Positions 16,845-25,103 of a stretch of DNA of 32,000 bases are shown in pieces. Made by a program: the position numbers and the translations under genes. The notes beneath the pieces are model-generated. The model searched no databases. It was given only the letters and a program-made list of their open reading frames with translations, and had not been told where the DNA came from. Origin of the DNA: Mucisphaera calidilacus (lineage in GTDB: Bacteria > Planctomycetota > Phycisphaerae > Phycisphaerales > Phycisphaeraceae). Location of the stretch: NCBI RefSeq assembly GCF_007748075.1, contig NZ_CP036280.1:2700001-2732000 (forward strand), read 5' to 3'. Position 1 is the stretch's first letter. Each line of letters opens with the position of its first letter.

Positions 16845-18685
16845 GCGCCAGCCGACTCGACATCGAAACCGCCGACCGCGCCATCACACGACGCACCAGC
16901 CGCGAGCAGGAAGCCAAACACCGACCCCTCGACCTCGGCCTCATCCGACGACTCTGGACCTACACCGAGCCCTACGCCACGCTCCGCAACACCCTCATCG
17001 TCGTCGTCCTCACCCGCGCCCTCACCCTCCCCCTCGTCGCCTGGCTCCTCTCATCCATCCTCCTCGGACCCGTCCAGGCCAAGGACGTCCAGGGCATCAT
17101 CTGGGGCGCCGTCGAATTCGCCGCGCTCGCCGCTTTCACCGCCGTCGTCTTCCGATACCGAATGATGCTCTCGCTGCGCCTCGGCGAACGCGTCCTCCAC
17201 GACCTCCGCAACGAGATCTTCGTCCACCTCCAGAAGCTGCCCATGCGCTTCTACGACACCACCAAACTCGGACGCATCATCTCTCGCATGACCTCCGACG
17301 CCGAGTCCATGCGCCAAGGCGTCCAGGACGTCCTCTTCGTCACCCTCGTCCAGCTCGGACACATGTTCGTCGCCGCCGCCATCATGGCCTGGATCGACCT
17401 CGGACTCTTCCTCGCACTCGCTGTCATGGCGCCCATCCTCTGGTTCGTCGTCCAGTTCTTCCGCAGCCGGCTCACCAACGTCTACCGGCAGATCCAGGAA
17501 TCCTTCAGCCGCGTCACCGCCACCCTCGCCGAGTCCGTCTCAGGCGTCCGCGTCACCCAGAGCTTCGTCCGGCAGGACGTCAACGCCGAACTCTTCGCAC
17601 AACTCGTCGAAGACCACTCACGACACCACCACCGCGAAGCGCAGCTCCGAGGCGTCTTCCTCCCGCTCCTCGAACTCAACAACCAGTTCTTCATCGCACT
17701 CATCCTCGCGTTCGGCGCCCTCCAGATCCTCCGCGGAACCTTCCTCGCACCCGGATCACCCGAGGTCGCCTACGACGCCGTCGTCTACTTCTTCTTCCTC
17801 ACACCCCTCTTCTTCGGACCCGTCATCGCACTCGGACGCCAGTACAACATCGCCCTCGCCGCCATGGCCGGCGCCGAACGCGTCTTCAACCTCCTCGACA
17901 CCGAACCCCAGCAACTCGACGCCCCCAACGCCCGCGACATCGACCACCTCTCCGGCTCCGTCCAATTCGACGACGCCTGCTTCGAGTACGAGCCCGGACG
18001 CCCCGTCCTCCACAACATCAACTTCACCGTCGAACCCGGACAGATGATCGCGCTCGTCGGCGAAACCGGCTCCGGCAAGTCCACCATCATCAAACTCATC
18101 TCCAAGTTCTACCTCCCCACCTCCGGACAGATCCTCCTCGACGGCATCCCCACACACGACATCACCTCCGCCTCGCTCGCGCAACACCTCGGCATCGTCC
18201 TCCAGAACAACTTCCTCTTCACCGGCACCGTCATGGACAACATCCGCGTCGCGCGGCACGACGCCACCGACGAACAGGTCATCGACGCCGTCCGAAGACT
18301 CGACTGCCTCGACCTCCTCGAAGCACTCCCCCTCGGACTCCGAGCCGACGTCGGCGAACGAGGCGGAAACCTCTCCCTCGGACAACGACAGCTCGTCTGC
18401 TTCGCCCGTGCCATGCTCGCCGACCCCGCCATCCTCATCCTCGACGAGGCCACCTCCAGCGTCGACACCATCACCGAAGCACGCATCCAGCGAAGCCTCG
18501 CACGACTCCTCGCCGGACGAACCAGCTTCGTCGTCGCTCACCGACTCAGCACCATCCGGCACGCCGACCGCGTCATCGTCCTCCGCGACGGAAACCTCGC
18601 CGAGGCCGGCACCCACGCCCAACTCCTCACCCGAGGCGGCATCTACGCCGGTCTCTACCGGCAGTTCGTCAAATCCGGCATCTGA
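16841..18685 (+). CDS. ABC exporter, fused permease/ATPase subunit B of a heterodimer (canonical site)
   Basis: 614 aa. Walker A is GETGSGKST, the signature is LSLGQRQLVCFARAM, Walker B is ILILDEATS (canonical Glu) and the H-loop is VAHRLS. An ATGA overlap with subunit A lies at 16841-16844. Confidence 0.9.
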   Translation: MSASRLDIETADRAITRRTSREQEAKHRPLDLGLIRRLWTYTEPYATLRNTLIVVVLTRALTLPLVAWLLSSILLGPVQAKDVQGIIWGAVEFAALAAFTAVVFRYRMMLSLRLGERVLHDLRNEIFVHLQKLPMRFYDTTKLGRIISRMTSDAESMRQGVQDVLFVTLVQLGHMFVAAAIMAWIDLGLFLALAVMAPILWFVVQFFRSRLTNVYRQIQESFSRVTATLAESVSGVRVTQSFVRQDVNAELFAQLVEDHSRHHHREAQLRGVFLPLLELNNQFFIALILAFGALQILRGTFLAPGSPEVAYDAVVYFFFLTPLFFGPVIALGRQYNIALAAMAGAERVFNLLDTEPQQLDAPNARDIDHLSGSVQFDDACFEYEPGRPVLHNINFTVEPGQMIALVGETGSGKSTIIKLISKFYLPTSGQILLDGIPTHDITSASLAQHLGIVLQNNFLFTGTVMDNIRVARHDATDEQVIDAVRRLDCLDLLEALPLGLRADVGERGGNLSLGQRQLVCFARAMLADPAILILDEATSSVDTITEARIQRSLARLLAGRTSFVVAHRLSTIRHADRVIVLRDGNLAEAGTHAQLLTRGGIYAGLYRQFVKSGI

Positions 18686-18708
18686 CCCCGCGACGTACAA
18701 TCCACCCC

Positions 18709-19545
18709 ATGCCTGAACCCGACAACCAGCGTTACACCATCCGACACCTCCGACACTGGGCACGCGAAGGACAAACCTTCCCCATGCTCACCTGCTACAG
18801 CGCCCCCATGGCACAGTGGCTCTGGCGAGGCGGCATACGCACCCTGCTCGTCGGCGACACCGCCGCACAAACCGTCCTCGGGCACGACTCCACACTCCCC
18901 GCAAACATGCCCTTCATGCTCGAGATCACCCGCGCCGTCCGACGCGGCGCACCCAACGTCTGCCTCATGGCCGACATGCCCTTCGGCTCCTACCAGTGCG
19001 GCGACGACCTCGCGATCACCAACGCCGCCGCCTTCCTCAAGCAAGGCGACGCCGACCTCGTCAAACTCGAAGTCGACGACTCCTGCCCGCCACTCGTCGA
19101 ACGCATGACCCGCGCCGGCATCCCCGTCGTCGCACACATCGGTTCCAGACCCCAGACCTACCGCAGCTACGGCACGCCCATCGTCGCCGGGCGAACCGAA
19201 CGCGTCGCCAGAATCCTCCGCGACACCGCCACCGCCATGATCCAGGCCGGCGCCGTCGCCCTGCTCATCGAGGCCGTCCCCGACTCCGTCACCCGCGACA
19301 TCGTCGAAATCGCCGTCCAGCCCGACTCCGGACGACCCGTACCCGTCATCGGATGCGGCGCCGGACCCGGATGCCACGGCTACGTCGTCGTCATCAACGA
19401 CCTGCTCGGACTCAGCGATCAACAACCCTCCTTCGCAACACCCCTCGCCGACATCGGACAACAGATCCAGCACGCCGCCGGCAAGTGGCACGACCTCGTC
19501 ACCTCCGATCAGTACGTCAAAGAGGGCGGGCCCTACGGCGAATAA
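18709..19545 (+). CDS. panB: 3-methyl-2-oxobutanoate hydroxymethyltransferase (ketopantoate hydroxymethyltransferase)
   Basis: This gene is hidden in the C-terminal part of the phantom ORF 16681..19545. ATG 18709 gives 278 aa: MPEPDNQRYTIRHLRHWAREGQTFPMLTCYSAPMAQ...LLVGDTAAQTVLGHDSTLPANM...MADMPFGSYQ...VKLE...GIPVVAHIGSRPQ...IGCGAGPGCHGYVVVINDLLG. This is the PanB pattern. Confidence 0.85.
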   Translation: MPEPDNQRYTIRHLRHWAREGQTFPMLTCYSAPMAQWLWRGGIRTLLVGDTAAQTVLGHDSTLPANMPFMLEITRAVRRGAPNVCLMADMPFGSYQCGDDLAITNAAAFLKQGDADLVKLEVDDSCPPLVERMTRAGIPVVAHIGSRPQTYRSYGTPIVAGRTERVARILRDTATAMIQAGAVALLIEAVPDSVTRDIVEIAVQPDSGRPVPVIGCGAGPGCHGYVVVINDLLGLSDQQPSFATPLADIGQQIQHAAGKWHDLVTSDQYVKEGGPYGE

Positions 19546-19611
19546 ACCGAACCGCCCCCCGACGCCATGCGTATGATCTCCCCTGATCGCCTCACCCCGG
19601 AGACAAACACC

Positions 19612-21138
<1,527 letters not shown>

Positions 21139-21197
21139 CACCGACCCGCCAGGCGAACAACACTCAACCGCAGACCCGATCGGCTAAACTGACCGCC

Positions 21198-22235
21198 ATG
21201 ATCCGACCCGCCGACGAACAACCCGCACCCCTGCTTTCGGTCCGCGACCTCAAAACCCACTTCCCCGTCAAACGCGGCCTCCTCCGCAGGACCGTCGGAC
21301 ACGTCCGCGCCGTCGATGGCGTCTCCTTCGACCTCGGCCATGGCGAAACCCTCGGGCTCGTCGGCGAATCCGGCTGCGGCAAGTCCACCGTCGGACGATC
21401 CATCCTCCGACTCATCCCCGCCACCTCAGGACAGGTCCTCTACCAGGGCAACAACGTCTTCGACGCCTCCTCATCCACCATGCTCGCACTCCGCCGCGAG
21501 ATGCAGATCATCTTTCAGGACCCCGTCGGATCCCTCAACCCACGCATGCGCGTCGAATCCATCATCGGCGAACCCATCAAGGTCCACGGCCTCGCCCGAG
21601 GATCCGAACTCGACGACCACGTCGCAGACCTCCTCAAACACGTCGGACTCACCGCCGACCACGGACGACGATACCCCCACGAGTTCTCAGGCGGACAACG
21701 CCAACGCATCGGCATCGCACGCGCCCTCGCACTCAAACCCAAACTCATCATCTGCGACGAACCCGTCTCCGCACTCGACGTCTCCATCCAGGCACAGATC
21801 CTCAACCTCCTCAACGACCTCCAGCAGGAGTTCGGCCTCTCCTACCTCTTCATCGCACACAACCTCGCCGTCGTCGAACACTTCGCCGACCGCGTCGCCG
21901 TCATGTACCTCGGCCGAATCGTCGAGATCGCCGACCGCGACACCCTCTACCGAAACCCCATCCACCCCTACACCAAAGCACTCCTCTCCGCAGCACCCGT
22001 CCCCGACCCCTCAAGACCCCGCAACCGCATCATGCTCGAAGGCGACGTCCCCTCGCCCATCGTCATGATCGGCGACGACGAACAACGCAACCGCACCGGC
22101 GCAGCACACATGCGGACCGAAAACGGCGTCACCTTCCTCGACCGCGAAGCACTCCTCGACCGACCACCCCTCGAACCCGTCCCCAACGAACCCGGACACT
22201 ACGTCTCACTCCCCCAAGGCGTGACGGTCGACTGA
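21198..22235 (+). CDS. Oligopeptide/dipeptide-type ABC transporter ATP-binding protein (OppF/DppF-like), orphan
   Basis: This gene is hidden in the C-terminal part of the phantom ORF 19887..22235. ATG 21198 gives 345 aa. Walker A is GESGCGKST, the signature is [15 protein letters not shown] and Walker B is [12 protein letters not shown]. The Opp C-terminal block [16 protein letters not shown] is present. No permease, OppD or binding-protein gene lies nearby. Confidence 0.88.
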   Translation: MIRPADEQPAPLLSVRDLKTHFPVKRGLLRRTVGHVRAVDGVSFDLGHGETLGLVGESGCGKSTVGRSILRLIPATSGQVLYQGNNVFDASSSTMLALRREMQIIFQDPVGSLNPRMRVESIIGEPIKVHGLARGSELDDHVADLLKHVGLTADHGRRYPHEFSGGQRQRIGIARALALKPKLIICDEPVSALDVSIQAQILNLLNDLQQEFGLSYLFIAHNLAVVEHFADRVAVMYLGRIVEIADRDTLYRNPIHPYTKALLSAAPVPDPSRPRNRIMLEGDVPSPIVMIGDDEQRNRTGAAHMRTENGVTFLDREALLDRPPLEPVPNEPGHYVSLPQGVTVD

Positions 22236-22267
22236 GCGGCAGCATACCCGCCTGAATCGCAACGCTA

Positions 22268-22616
22268 CGCCCGAACGCCGCCGCCAACTCAACGATCCAA
22301 CGCGTCAGCGGCCCCTCGTCGTCACACCTCCGCGGCGCGTAACGCTACGTGCTCCCATGGCTGATTCAAGACCTTGCACGCCCGACGCTCCGACACCGCA
22401 TAGCGATCACGCAGGTGCGTCACCGCTTCACGCGCCTGACGCGGGCTTAGTATTTGTGCTGTGCAGCGCTAAAGCGCCCCGCAGCCACCTCCGCCTCTCG
22501 AAGCTTGTTGACGATCTCCTTCGCTGAATGACGCTTGCGTCCCATGCCTGATCCTCCTTGATCCATGTCTCAGAACTAAGTCTAAGAAACGGATCCGATT
22601 GAGGGGGGGCAGGTCA
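22268..22616 (-). mobile_element. Decayed IS3-family insertion sequence remnant (left end, orfA start, internally deleted, orfB N-terminal fragment)
   Basis: The minus strand reads TGACCTGCCCCCCCTCAATCGG... (a TG-initiated terminus), then AAGGAGGA and ATG at 22545. The product MGRKRHSAKEIVNKLREAEV... (IS3 OrfA-like start) stops after 32 aa (22447). Other frames then give ..AVTHLRDRYAVSERRACKVLNQP.. and ..DDEGPLTRWIVELAAAFGR, which are IS3 OrfB N-terminal blocks. These are broken by a frameshift and an in-frame TAG, and truncated near 22268. Confidence 0.7.
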
Positions 22617-23033
22617 GGCAAGGCCATCACTGGTGAGCTGAACGCGGCCAACTACACGGTCTGCAACGTCGTCCATGAACATACGAGCGGCCAGCCCCGA
22701 ACGATCCGCGACGAGGTAGCTAATCACGAGCTTGGTATCGGAGTCGATAGCCACCCAGACCCAGGCATCGCCATGCCCCTTGCCACCCTTGGTTGCCTTG
22801 GTCCGCTCTTTACAGCCCACAAAGCTCCAAAGCTCATCCACCTGAATCGAGCTGGGTTCTATGTCGCGGACGTAGAGGTCGTGATATTGAGCCGCCAGCG
22901 TCCCCGCGTCGGCTAGGAGCCGCAGCACGGTGACCTTTGAAGCGCCTGTCATCCGAGCTGTAGCACTGACCGAGTTCCCCTCACAGAGAGCGGTGAGGAT
23001 CATGGCTCGTTTTTCAGTGCTTAGCTTTCGCAT
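22614..23033 (-). pseudogene. 5'-half of an IS1-family-like (single-ORF type) transposase gene, truncated by the IS3 insertion
   Basis: MRKLSTEKRAMILTALCEGNSVSATARMTGASKVTVLRLL (HTH) is followed by ...VDELWSFVGCKE...AWVWVAIDSDTKLVISYLVADRS...VQLTSDGLA and then a stop. Homologues as I recall them continue for about 100 or more further residues. The stop TGA (22614-22616) is the first three bases of the IS3 terminus. I prefer the start at ATG 23031-23033 over the track start at 23060. Confidence 0.65.
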
Positions 23034-23133
23034 CGGACGATAACTCGCGTATAATGTCAACGTCGGACGAGGCCGCTAAACCTCGCCCGAGCAAGGATTA
23101 AGTGTCGAGAACCCCTCGATCGGGACGCCTAGG

Positions 23134-23162
23134 CCCCTCGCTGCAACGAGGGGTTTTATTTT
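23134..23162 (+). terminator. Orphan rho-independent terminator hairpin on the plus strand
   Basis: The stem CCCCTCG (23134-23140) pairs with CGAGGGG (23147-23153) across the loop CTGCAA, and is followed by TTTTATTTT (23154-23162). No plus-strand CDS lies upstream of it. Confidence 0.6.
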
Positions 23163-23395
23163 GCGCTTCTTGGGGACCAACGGCTAGCGTTCTACCGCTG
23201 GCCCCTGTGGCCCTCCTAGCCATATTCACCTCCTTCCGTGGGGTGCTCTCTCTATTCATGTGTAGAAGAGTAACACCTTAAATGCGATAAGTCAACTTAG
23301 CAACGCGGAATTTTGCTAAAAATATAGGCTTGTCGCGCGAAGTGTGTTGCCATGTGCCACGCGAGACGATAAGCTTTTCCAAAAGGAGACTCCCT

Positions 23396-24391
23396 ATGGC
23401 AGAGCAGAATGATTTAGACAAGCGGGTTGGTGGTGGTGTACGAGGCCGCCGCGGTCCGAATTTCCCCTACATCGACCTGCCTACAGCAATTCAGCGTGTG
23501 CAGCAGGTGTACGACAAAGAGGATCGTAACGAAGCGCCTGTGAACTCGGTCGCCTCGCACTGGGGCTACAAAGTTACGAGTAGCTCAACAGATAAGGTCA
23601 TTGGGGCGTTGAAATCGTATGGCCTGATTGAGACAACGGGTAGCGGTGATGATCGGATGATTAAGCTGAGTGAGCAAGCGTTGGACATCCTTGAGGATGA
23701 GCGGCCCGACTCGAAAGAGCGAGCACAGGCACTGAAATCTGCCGCACTCGGACCTGCCATCCACCAAGATATTCGGGTTAAGTACGGTAAGAAGCTCGCT
23801 TCCGACGAAACGCTGCGCACTTTTTTAATACGCGAAAAAGGCTACAACCGTAAAAAAGTCGATGGAATTATTTCAAATTATCGCGCGTCAATTGAGCACG
23901 CCGGTCTTGACTCAGCAGAGAACGAAAGCGATAATCTTGATGATGAGACACAAGACCTCTCGCCGATTTCTGTTGGCACCATGGTCCAGTGGGTGTCGCA
24001 AGGCTCGACGCAATTCGATAGCCCACGACAAGTCATACGCGTCGACGATTTCGATGGTGAGCAGTTTGTAGTCGTAATGCAACCGAACGGGGTGGAAGGT
24101 GCTTTTCCCATGTCGCAAGCAGAAGTTGCAGAGGTAACCCCTCCTAAGGCAGATCCTGTCGCGCCACTACCGCTTTTAAAGCCCGGCGGTGCAGCTCAAG
24201 AGCCGCCCGCAACACAGAATACGGGTGATTTTAAAACCGAGACGATTGCCATAGGCGACTCGCAGGCAACTGTTACCTGGCCTAAACGCATTTCTAAGGA
24301 CGAGTTCGAAGACTTGGATTACTGGCTGAAGGGAGTGCTGCGAAAAGCCATGCGCGATGCTTCTCAAGCCGGGGAAGATCCCGACTCATAA
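23396..24391 (+). CDS. Hypothetical modular protein (331 aa), family not recognised
   Basis: The start is set at ATG 23396 (MAEQNDLDK...) with AAAAGGAGAC 5-6 nt upstream. The track start at 23330 is a TTG. GC is roughly 50-58% against about 65-70% in the flanks. The sequence looks protein-like: two helix-rich modules, a beta-rich segment, a Pro-rich linker and a short conserved-looking C-terminal module. Confidence 0.7.
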   Translation: MAEQNDLDKRVGGGVRGRRGPNFPYIDLPTAIQRVQQVYDKEDRNEAPVNSVASHWGYKVTSSSTDKVIGALKSYGLIETTGSGDDRMIKLSEQALDILEDERPDSKERAQALKSAALGPAIHQDIRVKYGKKLASDETLRTFLIREKGYNRKKVDGIISNYRASIEHAGLDSAENESDNLDDETQDLSPISVGTMVQWVSQGSTQFDSPRQVIRVDDFDGEQFVVVMQPNGVEGAFPMSQAEVAEVTPPKADPVAPLPLLKPGGAAQEPPATQNTGDFKTETIAIGDSQATVTWPKRISKDEFEDLDYWLKGVLRKAMRDASQAGEDPDS

Positions 24392-24558
24392 CCCGCCTCG
24401 AAAGCAGCTCGCAGTAGCTCCATCCCGCGCCGATCCACACCCTTGATGCCCTTCGACCAAGCCTCCTCAAGCTCGGCAGGGAGGCTTTCGTCTTGGCCAG
24501 TGGCCTTGCCGACTAGCTCGGCAGCTGCTTGGTTGGGGTTGTTGCTGGGGTCGTTCAT
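24364..24558 (-). CDS. Small hypothetical protein (64 aa), convergent with and overlapping the 331-aa gene
   Basis: MNDPSNNPNQAAAELVGKATGQDESLPAELEEAWSKGIKGVDRRGMELLRAAFEAGYESGSSPA is charged, helical and protein-like, unlike the antisense ORF 24443..24643. There is no obvious SD. TACAAT ends 6 nt before the ATG, so the mRNA may be leaderless. Its 3' end overlaps the 331-aa CDS by 28 nt. Confidence 0.4.
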   Translation of the reverse strand: MNDPSNNPNQAAAELVGKATGQDESLPAELEEAWSKGIKGVDRRGMELLRAAFEAGYESGSSPA

Positions 24559-24639
24559 GCACTTATTGTACGTCAGGGCCGCTCAGACCCCGAAAATTAA
24601 GTGCGGTCAAAGTGAACCACTACCCGCCCAACACCCGAA

Positions 24640-24667
24640 TTGACCCATTCTCATTTCGCGGTACACT
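24640..24667 (+). promoter_or_regulatory. Sigma70-like promoter of the rpsP operon
   Basis: TTGACC (24640-24645), a 16-nt spacer, then TACACT (24662-24667). It lies about 30 nt upstream of AAGGAG and the GTG start of rpsP. Confidence 0.5.
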
Positions 24668-24698
24668 ATGCGGCTAGACTTTCCCCAAGGAGACGACC

Positions 24699-24986
24699 GT
24701 GGTTCGACTTCGCCTTAAGCGCTTCGGCAGACGGCACCATCCGTTCTACCGCCTCAACGCAATGGATATCCGCACCCGCCGCGACGGTCGTGAGATCGAG
24801 CAACTCGGGTACTACGACCCCTGCAATAAAAACGAAGACCAACAATTTCACGTCAAGGAAGACCGCGTCCGATACTGGTTGAGCGTCGGCGCCCAGCCCA
24901 GCGAAACGGTCGCCAACCTGCTCAAAAAGGCCGGCATCGAGCCGACCCCAGGTGCCGAGGCACCCGCTCCCGCCGAGCAGGCCTGA
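24699..24986 (+). CDS. rpsP: 30S ribosomal protein S16
   Basis: MVRLRLKRFGRRHHPFYRLNAMDIRTRRDGREIEQLGYYDP...RVRYWLSVGAQPSETV is canonical S16. It has a GTG start with AAGGAG upstream. Confidence 0.95.
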   Translation: MVRLRLKRFGRRHHPFYRLNAMDIRTRRDGREIEQLGYYDPCNKNEDQQFHVKEDRVRYWLSVGAQPSETVANLLKKAGIEPTPGAEAPAPAEQA

Positions 24987-25031
24987 TCCCACGGCCGCAC
25001 CAGCGGCCCACCAACCCAGATCGCCCCCCTC

Positions 25032-25065
25032 AAGCCCCGGCCGTACGCGGGGCTTGTTTGTTTCT
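25032..25065 (+). terminator. Hairpin plus T-rich tract between rpsP and trmD (attenuator or partial terminator)
   Basis: The stem AAGCCCCG (25032-25039) pairs with CGGGGCTT (25048-25055) across an 8-nt loop, followed by GTTTGTTTCT. Confidence 0.5.
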
Positions 25066-25103
25066 AAAATCAGCTCGCAAAAAACCTTACGCAGGCACGC
25101 GTC

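Noticed and set aside
22469-22916. ORFs 22469..22651 (minus) and 22599..22916 (plus)
   Set aside because: They read across the IS3 terminus and 5' UTR, or antisense to the IS1-like transposase fragment. They have no protein-like features.
23227-23235. CACCTCCTT, identical to the 16S rRNA 3' tail core, considered as a possible rRNA fragment
   Set aside because: Only 9 nt match and there is no flanking 16S-like sequence. It is treated instead as the complement of a strong SD (see findings).
24431-24439. DnaA-box-like 9-mers (CGATCCACA here, CGATACACA at 26403-26411, AGATACACT at 26021-26029)
   Set aside because: These are only 6-7 of 9 matches to TTATNCACA, they are scattered, and some are inside coding sequence. 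This is insufficient to annotate an oriC.
24443-24643. 66-aa plus-strand ORF antisense to the 64-aa ORF
   Set aside because: It is Ser/Ala/Leu-rich without an RBS and runs into the rpsP promoter. The minus-strand reading looks more protein-like. The choice between the two strands remains uncertain.
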